From positions 191,394,001 through 191,458,000 of the forward strand of contig OZ024741.1 in the NCBI GenBank assembly GCA_964016885.1: a stretch of DNA of 64,000 bases, in the 5' to 3' direction. The stretch's first letter is position 1; every line of letters starts with the position of its first letter. Positions 12,321 to 28,009 of this stretch are shown here, in pieces. The notes beneath the pieces are model-generated. The model was not told where the DNA came from, ran no database searches, and was given only the letters and a program-made list of their open reading frames with translations. A program made the position numbers and the translations under genes. Origin of the DNA: Eledone cirrhosa. Its lineage: Eukaryota.

Positions 12321-12931
12321 ACTAGCAGAATGGCCCGGCGTTGCTCGAGATTTGCTCTAGGGTTCTTATATATTTGATATATATTTATCCTTACCGAGCC
12401 TCGTAGAATAAATAGGTTTGTTTATATTTTGTTATTGTGTATGCAAAAATATCTGTACACGAATATATATATATATATATATATATTAAAATAACATATT
12501 AAAGTTTAAGCGAAGAATCGCTGCTTTCACCCTTAACGGGATCTTCTGAAACTAAAAAAATCAATCTGTGAACGCAGAAGTAAATATTTCGGAAAACGTT
12601 ACACACTATATATATATACACATACTATATATACATACACACACACATATCGCGTCATAATGTAATGCAGACAGCCAAACATACAGACAGATATTATAAG
12701 GGCGCAACGTTATATCTATGTATCTATCTAAAAAGAATGACTAAGAATTATAGAGAGATATCGCTAAATCGCCTAATGCTGTCCCTAGAGCATTGAAAAT
12801 TTGAAATTATTTTTGCTCAAAACACTCAAAGGACCATAAGTATTACATGTGTAAAGTTTGAAAACAATGGGTTGGGTGGTTCTCGAGTTTTGGGGAGTCA
12901 GACAGACATTCTCTGTTGTAGATATATAGAT
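12321..12931 (-). mobile_element. Non-autonomous Helitron-like element; related pieces at 47881-48389 and 57188-57460
   Basis: Minus strand starts a|TCTATATATCTACAACAG and ends with a GC-rich subterminal segment + CTAG|t; internal blocks shared among the three copies. Confidence 0.65.
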
Positions 12932-12939
12932 GAACCCCC

Positions 12940-13756
12940 AGATAAACTGTAAAACTAGAAATGTAGTCTATAGCATAAGATGTACAGAGGGTACTTGCAG
13001 AAACATGACAACGCCATACATAGGGGAGACAGCTCGAAGCATAGGAGAAAGAATAGACCAACACTGGGGGGGGGGGTAAAAAACGGTTCAGTACTATACG
13101 GACACGCCAGACAAAGACATGACGGTAATATAGACAACATAGAAATTAAAATAATATCTAAACACAGAAATGAACCAACAGGTAGGCAAATCAGAGAAGC
13201 AAGTGAAATAGAGCTTAGAAAACCAAAGTTAAACAGAAAAAACGAATGGAATAACAACAACAACCATACCCAAACAAACAATACTGACTTAAGGGAAATA
13301 TAAATAAATAAATATATACACAAGTACAATAACAACAAACACATATAAACACACACTAGTAAACAAAGTTAGAATACAAAAACCAAAACACATACACTCA
13401 AACGCGAACACACACACCAAACATTATACACAACGCAAACGCATGCGCAGAGACGGAGACAAAAATAAATAAATAAATAAAATAAAAATGGCGTAAGCAT
13501 TACAATACAATAGAAGGGAACATGATATTAGTACCACTGATGATGCAACGAAAGAAATTTGATAGACTATATATATATATATATATATTTATATCTGTAT
13601 TTTTAACCGTTGGTCAATCAATGATAAACATTGATTGCCAAATAAATTAACTGTGGAGATATAAAAGATACAGAAGCGAAAACCAACCAAACAGTGAGTG
13701 TGTTCTGTTATTATTTCTGGCAATATTATCACAACAATATGACCCTCCCCAAGTAT

Positions 13757-13765
<9 letters not shown>
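12940..13765 (+). mobile_element. Penelope-like element 3' fragment (GIY-YIG end + terminal repeat), same family as 25447-27582
   Basis: YIGETARSIGER, RQIREASEI..LNRKNEW; 3' tail atgaccctcccaagtataaca running into (TA)n. Confidence 0.75.
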
Positions 13766-13820
<55 letters not shown>

Positions 13821-13849
13821 TTATTTATTTATTTATTTATTTATATATA

Positions 13850-14359
13850 TACATAAACAAGAATAATGTCAAAATCTCTTACACTACTACACCTAACTTA
13901 GCTGATCTTATAGCACTTAGTAACTACAAGAAGCTCACTAGAATCAAACCATCTTGTAATGCCAATATTAGAACACCCGATAGCCATAATAGCAATAATA
14001 GTAACCAGGATAATAATGATAGTAATAACAATAACATCAACAATATTAAGATTATAGAGACTAGCCGCAGCTTTAATAGTAGACCATAGACCAGGATAGG
14101 AACCATAACACCGATAACGACAGCAGTGGGGGGGAATCATAATAGGGACAGCAGGGATAAACTCGTGTCGCAAAACTATAACTGTAATAATGCCAACAGC
14201 AGTAATTATGATAATGGTGATATTGGTAATGATAGAAATAACAACAAAAAGCATTGCAATTGCCGAAACCCTAACAACTGTCTACTCCAGGGTCACTGCC
14301 TGATTAAAAATGTAATACAAATGCACAGTGACGACTAAAAATAGCACTAGGTCTTACAT
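13850..14359 (+). pseudogene. Penelope-like (Naiad-type) linker/GIY-YIG fragment
   Basis: KISYTTTPNL, CNCRNPNNCLLQGHCL, KCTVTT..RSYI, then interrupted by the 14360 element. Confidence 0.7.
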
Positions 14360-15069
14360 AAAAACCAGTATGACTCTAAAAACCGGTTTGTCTGTGTGTT
14401 TACATACAGAATAGCTGGACACTCACAGTAAAGTGACCAGTGAAAAACTCGGTACATCTACATATGTATACGTGTGTGTATTCATATGCATACTAGTATT
14501 TCAGTATACATATGTGGATGTACATTTTTAACTTAATTGTTTAAGCGTCAGTCATACAAAAGTGAGTTACAAACGAAACGAAATTTAATTTCGTTTCGTT
14601 ATTTGTTTTTATCGTCTCCGTTGAACCGGTACGTACTCACGCTCTATGCAAATTAGTCTGCCCACTACTAATTTTCATAGAAAAAGCATATAACGATATG
14701 TGCTTTTACGATTCTCTAGAAAGGCCGGAAGATAGGTAAATATTGCTGATGAGTTGTAACAACAACGAAACTAGTTATATTCCTTGTCTGGCTTTCTGGA
14801 GAATAGAGGAAAGGTGTTTCCTCAAAAACCAGTATGACTCTAAAAACCGGTTTGTCTGTGTGTTTACATACAGAATAGCTGGACACTCACAGTAAAGTGA
14901 CCAGTGAAAAACTCGGTACATCTACATATGTATACGTGTGTGTATTCATATGCATACTAGTATTTCAGTATACATATGTGGATGTACATTTTTAACTTAA
15001 TTGTTTAAGCGTCAGTCATACAAAAGTGAGTTACAAACGAAACGAAATTTAATTTCGTTTCGTTATTTG

Positions 15070-15076
<7 letters not shown>
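14360..15076 (+). mobile_element. Non-coding hammerhead + octamer element: 464-nt unit plus 253-nt terminal redundancy (retrozyme-like)
   Basis: 14360-14612 repeated at 14824-15076; ATGCAAAT 14646-14653; CTGATGA-GTTG(taacaa)CAAC-GAAA-CTAGT at 14746-14775. Confidence 0.75.
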
Positions 15077-15140
<64 letters not shown>

Positions 15141-15414
15141 ATATATGTATACATATATGTATATGTATATATGTATATACGGTGAAAAAGGCAAACTTGA
15201 CTATCACCACAGAATAGGAACCTGAAGATTGCGAAAGCATGAAAGTACTTGTTCAATTAACACTTAACATTTAATATTCTACCATATTATTTCATTATAA
15301 TACCATTATAATTTTAAAGGATTGTAAATAAAACGAGTAAATCAGACAAAGTTGGAATTCCTTTTATTAATATAATCTTCTATACACAATCATACACACC
15401 CGTGTATATTTATT

Positions 15415-16428
<1,014 letters not shown>

Positions 16429-16861
16429 CGTAGAATATGTCTACAATCAACCAAATAACCGAAAAATTTCGATATGGAAGATTCGGGACACTCAGATAAA
16501 TTATCAATAAATCAATAAATGAAATGAATGTAAAAAGCATACCCGGACCCACTAGAGAGATGGTATATCTAGCTTCTTGGGTTTCTGTAAATCCTTAAAC
16601 CGTCCTCTATCAGCTCACATAAAAATATAAGACTTACAGACAACGGGGGACTGGAGTTACTTCTTCAACGAGCTTTAGTCCGAATATATATATATATATA
16701 TATTACAAAATAACAGGAGGCATGTTCTGGTGTAGATCCTTGAAAGGTTTATTTTACTATGATCATTTCAATGACCGGGTTCAGTATGAATCCGGTGACA
16801 TCATGACGTAATTTAAAATATAACGAAGGAATATATCAGATAAATGTCTTTGGTGTTTAAA

Positions 16862-17470
16862 TCAGAGACAGGAGGGCGGCCGGTATTTTAGCGACTTGTA
16901 TCTACAATGTCGAATTGTGTGAACTTCGCTTTTTTTGGAGTTGAAGGAGTTAAACCACTTAATGACGGAGTCGCTGTTCTCCCACTGGGACAGGCTGGAC
17001 TTGGTCCTAATGGTCTTAACTATGTTTTTAAATATAACCTTACTGACTAGTCCCATTTCCGTGCGCGCCTGGTTTAGTAGTCTACATGTGGGATTAGAAG
17101 CAAAGTCTACCTTGTGATCCTCCAGGATGAGAAACGCTTCACGCTTAGCTAAGCATTGAAGCTTATCTGCCTTAAGGGCGGTATCAAAGTCTTTTGCTTC
17201 AGTATTGATGTCGTGGTAGGCCATAGGGTTAGCCTTCTTATATTTAGAGGTAATAGCATTATGTGCCAAGTGGCTGTAAGTAGTGTTGTCGACTTCGTAA
17301 ATGTTATTGGTTTTGTCAGAAAGAACGAAACTGTTATTGGAAGACCTAAATTTCTTAATATCATTTCTACGTTTAGTTTGGAAGGTGTTCGAGTGTTTGC
17401 GAAAGGAAATGTTAGCGAGTAAGTCAAGAAAGGGACGAGTTCAGTTACCTTAGGAGGGTAGGCTGTGGTC
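16862..17470 (-). pseudogene. Penelope-like (Naiad-type) N-terminal/RT-start fragment; a similar fragment lies at 53100-53650 (+)
   Basis: SDKTNNIY, AFLILEDHKVDF..PTCRLLN, GLVSK, QWENSDSVIKWF; ADKTGNLY and IKDHKADF in the second copy. Confidence 0.7.
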
Positions 17471-17494
17471 ACTTCCAACCGACCAAATCAACCA

Positions 17495-18467
17495 CAGGAG
17501 GCCACTTGTCACGGTCCTTCGTCATCTCCACCGTGAGCCTCAGCAATCTGAGGTCTGCTATCACCACCTCCACCCGTGTTTTTCGTGGTCTTCCTCTACT
17601 GCGTCTTCCTTCTACTGGCATTTCTTGGCACTTCTTTACCAAACGGTCATCCTCCATGCGCATCACATGTCCATACCATCGCAGTCTTCTCTCCCGCACA
17701 CTACAACTTATCCCTCTTAAACACAGCTTCTCTCTCAACGCATCCATGTTCGGTCTCTCACGCACATTGACATTGTACATCCAACGGAGCATGCTTGCTT
17801 CATTTCTCTCCGGCCGTCGCATGTCCTCTGCAGTTGCTGCCCATGTCTCACTACCATGCGGCATCACATACCTCACACAGGCATCATATAACAAGCCTTT
17901 CGTACGCAGGGAGAAACCCTTCTTTGTCAGCAGAGGAAGCAGCTCCCTAAATTTCTTCCAACCCGTCCTTATTCTAGATACTATGGCCTCGGAACCCCCC
18001 CCCCCCCCTGCTAATCTGTTCACCTAGGTACCGGAAGCTATCAACCACTTCTACAGAACCTACCTGCATTTGAAAAATGTGTCTATCAATGCGACTTCTA
18101 CTGTCTAATTTCCCTTTACATCTACTGCATACATATTTCTCCCTACCTGTTAGTTTGCCTGCTATCCCACTACATCTCTTGTGTACCCAAGATCTGCATT
18201 GTGTACATTTTATAGAATTTATGCCAGTTCCTTTTCTGCATATCGAACATGGCCATTTCCCTGACGGAATCATAGTTTTGTCCTCTTTTCTACTCATCAA
18301 CACTTTTGTCTTAGCTAGGTTCACTCTCAGTCCTCTTGATTCCAATTTCTGTTTCCATATCCAGAATTTATTCTCTAGCTCCTCTACTGATTCTGCTATA
18401 AGTACCAGATTGTCAGCAGTTCCCATGGGCAGCCAGTCTTAAACTCCTCTGTTATGGCTTGGAGGAC
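17495..18467 (-). pseudogene. RTE-clade LINE 3' fragment
   Basis: FKTGCPWEL, PHD-like C..C..C..C..H..C insert, FRYLG, HGSETW, RRLRWYGHV, RGRPRKT. Confidence 0.85.
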
Positions 18468-18539
18468 TGGTCTGTTTATTGAATTTGGATTTTAAAAACC
18501 TGGTTTTTAAAATCCAAACAATAAACAGACCAGGATTTT

Positions 18540-18598
18540 TTCATTCTGATGATTGAAAGTAAAATTTTTTGCTTTTAAGAAACCACTGGTAAATGGAA
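18540..18598 (+). ncRNA. Type I hammerhead ribozyme (same PLE terminal-repeat family as 11869), preceded by a near-perfect hairpin at 18467-18533
   Basis: ttcatt-CTGATGA-ttg-aaagtaaa...tttgcttt-taa-GAAA-cca-c-tgGTA-aatgga; downstream ~100 nt homologous to 11933-12035. Confidence 0.75.
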
Positions 18599-19184
18599 TA
18601 ATTGCCTTATGTTGTTTATTACATAACTATTAAGCTCTGTTACCTACATAGAGCACTCTTTTTTCCTGGACTTTTCCGACGGAATTACTTCACATATATA
18701 TATATATATAAAGTTATGAAACGAAAGCAGCTGTGTGGTTACTAAAAACAAGGTTTACGATGGTGGTTAGGACGGAACAGGAGGAGAAAGGAAGAAAGGA
18801 TTTTCCATCGTCAGCTGTAAATGTTTCCCGGACCGATGTTTCGGCGCTGAATTACAGGACATCGGTGTAATTCAGGTGCGCCCGAGGCCTTTTAATAATC
18901 AAAAGGCCAGGTGGAAAAGGAGAGAGAAAGAGAGAAAAGGAAAGGGAGGGAAATGAGGAAGAACAGGGGGGGGGGGGAGATGAGGAGAGAGGAAGAAGGG
19001 GAAAAAATAGGAAAGGAATAGGAGAAAAAAGTGTACAGGTCCCATCGTGGGAAGACACAGGTGAAAGAAACATGCAAAAAAGTAACCGTGGAAAAATAGA
19101 GAAAGGAAGTTGTGGCCAACCTGGAGACTGTAGCCTGGTGGTCAGCTACGACTCGGAGCTGGTATAATCGTGCTGCCTCTCACA

Positions 19185-19188
19185 TAGA

Positions 19189-19267
<79 letters not shown>

Positions 19268-19285
19268 GTTTGTATATATGTGTAT

Positions 19286-19321
<36 letters not shown>

Positions 19322-19356
19322 TTCGTTTAACGTCCATCTTTCACGCTAGCATGGGT

Positions 19357-19412
<56 letters not shown>

Positions 19413-19428
19413 TATGTATATGTATATA

Positions 19429-19469
<41 letters not shown>

Positions 19470-19557
19470 ATATATATGTATATATATATATGTATATATA
19501 TGTATATGTATATATATATGTATGTATATATATATGTATGTTTATATATATATGTAT

Positions 19558-19609
<52 letters not shown>

Positions 19610-19685
19610 ATATATATATATGTATATATACATATATATATATATGTATATATATATATATGTGTATATATATATATGTATGTAG
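19185..19685. repeat. Compound (TA)n/(TATG)n/(CAT)n microsatellite, one of dozens of (TA)n, (CA)n, (GA)n and (TAA)n tracts in the window
   Basis: Direct inspection; these tracts generate most of the low-complexity ORFs in the track. Confidence 0.95.
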
Positions 19686-19689
19686 ATAA

Positions 19690-22087
19690 ATCTACCAAAA
19701 TGTACGGTAGTGTCCAATCCGTATGAAGAACTCAATGTAATCCGAATATCATGAAAAGAGGTGTATTCAAACATTTTTTTCGATGAAAAATACAGGAAAA
19801 CAGAGTCAAGATAAATTAATAAAAAATAATGAATAAACAAAGAAACAGTTCCTTATATTCAAAAATTCATCATTTTACGATCGTTTCTAGGATATATATG
19901 TTAGTGTTGGTATGTATATCATATAGATCAATGTAAAATTTTTACAAACTATCAGAAGGAATATACATACCTACACATATATATGCTGTCTTCAGAAATA
20001 ATGATATTTGTTTATTGAAAAAAACCAACAAAGATTTAATACAATAGGTCTGTTTGGAACAGGTTTTTAATTGACCAATAGAAAGATAGTGAAGGTCAAG
20101 ATGGTAAAATAGTAGTAATAGAGCCTTAAATTAGGGGTAGAGGAAGGTAGATTTCAGTTTTGGATGGAAAGAATATTATGAATGAAAGATTATTTTAGGG
20201 ATGAAAATAGGTCATATGCTGTCTTCAGAAATAATTATATTTGTTCATTGAATAAAACCAACAAAGATTTAATATAATAGGTCTGTTTGGGAACAGGTTT
20301 TGAATTGACCAGTAGAAAGGTAATAACTGGCCAAATGGTATAATAGTAGTAATGGAACTTTAATTTAGGGGTAGAAGAAGGCAGATTTCAGTTTTGAATG
20401 GAAGGAGTATGATGAATGAAAAGGTTATTTTAGGGGTGAAAATAGGTCAGGTCGGTAAAAGGTACACGAAAAATTGCTGTTAGAAAAGAATAATGCCATT
20501 GTAAATATCTAAGGAGACTAAAATTTTACGATAAAAGTGTTAGTGAAAAAAATATATGGAATTTACATCTATGAAAAGAAAATAAATTAATTAAATTGAT
20601 AGGTATATTTATATTGAAAAAATTATATTAATTCATATAGATATGATAAATAAGAGTTAGATGTAATTGAAGAGTACTGTTAAAAACGAGGGGAAATAAA
20701 AAAAAATATATATAATTATGGGGGGGGGGGGTTAAAATTATTAGTGAGAAATAACAAATATATAGAGATTACAAGGAACATAGAATCATAACCTGAAATT
20801 AAAACAGTATATATGTATACTTAATGGTATCAATTTTAGGAAAAGATAGTTGTAAAAGGGAAATAAAATTATGTAGTTCATCAGTAGTAGAATATTAATT
20901 ATAGGTTAACTAAATTAAAAACAATGTTATTATAATAATTTCTAAAGTGTATATTAATTAAGTTTATAATATTTAAAGGTTTTTCTCAGTTTATGATTAC
21001 ACGATATTATTAATTCCTGTCGCTTATTTAATAGGATATCCTTAGATTTCATTATTTCGAAAATTTCTTGGGAACACAATCTAAATTCATATCTATTATT
21101 TTGATAAGGGGTGGCCCTTTTGAGCACACTCCAGGTCAGGTCATAATCTATATTCCTCTTTCTATAATTATTAATTATTTCAGCTAAAGATGTTGTATTA
21201 GCTAATGCGGCATTTTTAAAACTGTGTTTGTGGGTATTAAATCTTACTTTAAATTGGTTAGAGGTAGCTCCTATATATGAATAAATTGAGTCCTTAGTGT
21301 TAACTTTACATTTATATACTATGTTATTAACAAGGCAATTTCCTTTTAATGGGCAATTTGCTTTGTTACTACAGTTACAACTTTTCGTGAATCCTGTATC
21401 AGAGGAGATATTATGGTTAGTTTGATGTATTGGTGGTATACTCATGGGTTTTTTACATGTATATGCATTATAGGCACTTATATTTTGTTTTATGTTTTTG
21501 GTTGTTGAGTAGGAGAATTTAATCGTTGATCTATTTAAAATGTGATGGTATTTGTGGTTTGGCGGGAAGTTCTTTTCTAGGATAGTAAAAGATTTTTTAG
21601 GTATATTATCTTTAATTTGTAAATATTAAATGGAGCATTATACCAAGTAACTCGTCTATTACGGTTTCGATGTTGTTTATTATTTTTATAGGATGTATCC
21701 TGATGTTTATTAAGAGAATTATTGTTAATGGCTTCACCACACACATTTTTAGTTATATTCATTGATTTAGGTGTTTTAGCTTGTTTAATAGGAGTTTTAT
21801 TATTAACATTTATTAGAGTAGTAGGATGAATAGTTTTTTGAGAGTTACTATATTGTATATTAGAAGAGTTAGAGAAATTTAGTTTTATGTTGGTATTTTG
21901 GGGTATAGTGTGAGTGGCATTTAGGTGTGTGTTTCATTTGGTGTTTGTTGGTAATATTAGGTTGTATGTTTGTAGTGTTATTGGTACAAGGTATATATAC
22001 TAATTTATTTTTGTGGCCACTTCTAGCTAAAGCTTCGTTATAAAAGGTCGCATTTTTATCAAATACATCCTGGTTAGACGAAACCTA
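19690..22087 (-). mobile_element. Penelope-like element 3' half (GIY-YIG + terminal repeat), left arm of a large palindrome
   Basis: ORF 20954-21445 with CNC..CPLKGNC, VYKC..YIGATS, ISCNHK; reverse complement of 22188-24455. Confidence 0.88.
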
Positions 22088-24455
22088 ACCAAAACTTACA
22101 TTACATACACTCACAATCTAATCACCCTAAATCTATCCTTAAAAACCTAGCATATAATATCTCACTCAGAATTTCTAACCTTTCGTCTAGGTTTCGTCTA
22201 ACCAGGATGTATTTGATAAAAATGCGACCTTTTATAACGAAGCTTTAGCTAGAAGTGGCCACAAAAATAAATTAGTATATATACCTTGTACCAATAACAC
22301 TACAAACATACAACCTAATATTACCAACAAACACCAAATGAAACATACACACCTAAATGCCACTCACACTATACCCAAAAATACCAACATAAAACTAAAT
22401 TTCTCTAACTCTTCTAATATACAATATAGTAACTCTCAAAAAACTACTACTCTAATAAATGCTAATAATAAAACTCCTAATAAACAAGTTAAAACACCTA
22501 AATCAATGAATATAACTAAAAATGTGTGTGGTGAAGCCATTAACAATAATTCTCTTAATAAACATCAGGATACATCCTATAAAAATAATAAACAACATCG
22601 AAACCGTAATAGACGAGTTACTTGGTATAATGCTCCATTTAATTTACAAATTAAAGATAATATACCTAAAAAACTTTTTACTATCCTAGAAAAGAACTTC
22701 CCGCCAAACCACAAATACCATCACATTTTAAATAGATCAACGATTAAATTCTCCTACTCAACAACCAAAAACATAAAACAAAATATAAGTGCCTATAATG
22801 CATATACATGTAAAAAAAAACCATGAGTATACCACCAATACATCAAACTAACCATAATATCTCCTCTGATACAGAATTCACGAAAAGTTGTAACTGTAGA
22901 AACAAAGCAAATTGCCCATTAAAAGGAAATTGCCTTGTTAATAACATAGTATATAAATGTAAAGTTAACACTAAGGACTCAATTTATTCATATATAGGAG
23001 CTACCTCTAACCAATTTAAAGTAAGATTTAATACCCACAAACACAGTTTTAAAAATGCCGCATTAGCTAATACAACATCTTTAGCTGAAATAATTAATAA
23101 TTATAGAAAGAGGAATATAGATTATGACCTGACCTGGAGTGTGCTCAAAAGGGCCACCCCTTATCAAAATAATAGATATGAATGTAGATTGTGTTCCCAA
23201 GAAATTTTCGAAATAATGAAATCTAAGGATATCCTATTAAATAAGCGACAGGAATTAATAATATCGTGTAATCATAAACTGAGAAAAACCTTTAAATATT
23301 ATAAACTTAATTAATATACACTTTAGAAATTATTATAATAACATTGTTTTTAATTTAGTTAACCTATAATTAATATTCTACTACTGATGAACTACATAAT
23401 TTTATTTCCCTTTTACAACTATCTTTTCCTAAAATTGATACCATTAAGTATACATATATACTGTTTTAATTTCAGGTTATGATTCTATGTTCCTTGTAAT
23501 CTCTATATATTTGTTATTTCTCACTAATAATTTTAACCCCCCCCCCCCATAATTATATATTTTTTTTTTTATTTCCCCTCGTTTTTAACAGCACTCTTCA
23601 ATTACATCTAACTCTTATTTATCATATCTATATGAATTAATATAATTTTTTCAATATAAATATACCTATCAATTTAATTAATTTATTTTCTTTTCATAGA
23701 TGTAAATTCCATATATTTTTTTCACTAACACTTTTATCGTAAAATTTTAGTCTCCTTAGATATTTACAATGGCATTATTCTTTTCTAACAGAAATTTTTC
23801 GTGTACCTTTTACCGACCTGACCTATTTTCACCCCTAAAATAACCTTTTCATTCATCATACTCCTTCCATTCAAAACTGAAATCTGCCTTCTTCTACCCC
23901 TAAATTAAAGTTCCATTACTACTATTATACCATTTGGCCAGTTATTACCTTTCTACTGGTCAATTCAAAACCTGTTCCCAAACAGACCTATTATATTACA
24001 TCTTTGTTGGTTTTATTCAATGAACAAATAATTATTTCTGAAGACAGCATATGACCTATTTTCATCCCTAAAATAATCTTTCATTCATAATATTCTTTCC
24101 ATCCAAAACTGAAATCTACCTTCCTCTACCCCTAAATTAAGGCTCTATTACTACTATTTTACCATCTTGACCTTCACTATCTTTCTATTGGTCAATTCTA
24201 AACCTGTTCCAAACAGACCTATTGTATTAAATCTTTGTTGGTTTTTTTCAATAAACAAATATCATTATTTCTGAAGACAGCATATGTATGTGTAGGTATG
24301 TATATTCCTTCTGATAGTTTGTAAAAATTTTACATAGATCTATATGATATGCATACCAACACTAACATATATATCCTAGAAACGATCGTAAAATGATGAA
24401 TTTTTTAATATAAGGAACTGTTTCTTTGTTTATTCATTATTTTTATTAATTTATA
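22088..24455 (+). mobile_element. Penelope-like element 3' half, right arm of the palindrome
   Basis: NHPKSILKN, VTWYNAPF, KFSYSTT; ORF 22823-23314 GIY-YIG; ~230-bp tandem duplication in the terminal repeat (23820-24283). Confidence 0.88.
24262..24399 (+). ncRNA. Hammerhead ribozyme with expanded stem II; mirror copy at 19867-20004 (-)
   Basis: 9-bp stem I tcattattt/aaatgatga, CTGAAGA, GAAA, palindromic ACGATCGT, GUA triplet. Confidence 0.75.
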
Positions 24456-24472
24456 TATATATATATATGTAT

Positions 24473-24938
24473 ATATCTTTAAGTCGTTTGGAAGCCTCGA
24501 CAATGCAAATTGGTAAATCTCCGAGTAACAAGATCCGGTGGTGGAGAGAGAGATGTAAGTGGGTGTACGTTGAGATGCGTGGTGTGTATAAGATGTGTAG
24601 AAGAATGAAAGAAAGAGTATAAAGCATAAATAAAAATAACAACACGAGAGAGAGTTACCTTGGGTGAGATTTAATTGTCCCTATATATTTCGGATTCACA
24701 TCCATCAACTGGGGTTTTTTCCGGGGTGGGGGAAAGGTTGTCTGTCGGAAAGGTGCGAAACGCGTCCTCCGCTGTTTGTTGTTTTGAATATCTTTCCTTC
24801 ATTCTTCTACACATCTTATACACACCACGCATCTCAACGTACACCCACTTACATCTCTCTCTCCACCACCGGATCTTGTTACTCGGAGGTTTACCCATTT
24901 GCATTGTCGAGGCTTCCAAACACGACTTAAAGATATTT
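24473..24938. repeat. ~150-bp inverted repeat (24473-24620 / 24788-24938) around a truncated HHR half (GCGAAACGCGTC); PLE terminal-repeat fragment
   Basis: Arms are near-perfect reverse complements. Confidence 0.75.
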
Positions 24939-25067
24939 ACTTATTATTCCACAATGCTTCAAGCAAACTTCAATACTCTCATATATATGTATATATATAT
25001 ATGTATATATATATATATGTGTATATATGTATATATATATGTGTATATATGTATATATATGTGTATA

Positions 25068-25185
25068 TATTCTGATGAAATGACAGTAAATAATAACATT
25101 GAAATATTGAATGTCTGCATAACTAAAAGTTTGTAGATAGCAGCTGTTTTAGGTTATGTAACTGTTATAGAAACACGTGTCAATA
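25068..25185 (+). ncRNA. Hammerhead ribozyme with a ~90-nt stem II region
   Basis: tatt-CTGATGA-a-atgacagt...actgttat-a-GAAA-cac-gtGTC-aata; palindromic stem III ACACGTGT. Confidence 0.7.
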
Positions 25186-25335
25186 AATTCCTTTCAACTA
25201 AACTGTATCCATTCAAATCTTTCTATTTTTCTCCGGATTACTTTTGGAACTACAACTGGAACCGTCGAGCAAACTCTACGTGAGCTGATAATCTACTGTG
25301 TGTAATATTTATATTACAACACAACGGAAAATACT

Positions 25336-27582
<2,247 letters not shown>

Positions 27583-27732
27583 AATATCGGTTTCAACACA
27601 CGTTTTCAGATAAAGAATCTTGCTAAACAAATTCAGAAACGATATATATATATATATATACTTTTTTTTTCTTTTTTTTAATTAAAAACAAGGGAATTTC
27701 TTCAAGAAACCATAACTTAAAACATTTTTCAG

Positions 27733-27890
27733 ATGGATGAATTCGTTATTGAAGCTGTTGATTTGAAAGAGTTAACCAAAATACGTATTGGACATGATGA
27801 CAGCAATGCTGGGAGTGGATGGTTCTTAGAGAAAGTTGAGATCAGAGTGAAGAATGATCCCAGTAAAAGTTACTTATTCCAATGTAATCG
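27733..27890 (+). CDS. LOXHD1: Internal exon of a multi-PLAT/LH2-domain gene (LOXHD1-like): MDEFVIEAVDLKELTKIRIGHDDSNAGSGWFLEKVEIRVKNDPSKSYLFQCN(R)
   Basis: tttttcAG acceptor and GTAAG donor; PLAT C-terminal motifs IRIGHD..G.GWFLE.V and F.CNRW; starts mid-domain (phase 0) and ends in phase 2, matching the next exon. Confidence 0.85.
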
Positions 27891-28009
27891 GTAAGTTCAG
27901 TTAGATATTGGTTCTTGTGTCCTAAAGAAAAACAAAGATTGTTCTTTGTTTTTGATTTTTGATTTTAGGTTTCTTTGGGGGTATTATTATTATCTATCTT
28001 CTTAAGAGT

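Noticed and set aside
22823-23314. Possible selenocysteine recoding, as reported for some Naiad PLEs
   Set aside because: The conserved Cys positions I checked in these copies are TGT/TGC, with no in-frame TGA
27733-27735. ATG at the exon start as the gene's start codon
   Set aside because: Preceded by a canonical acceptor and begins mid-PLAT domain, so it is an internal exon
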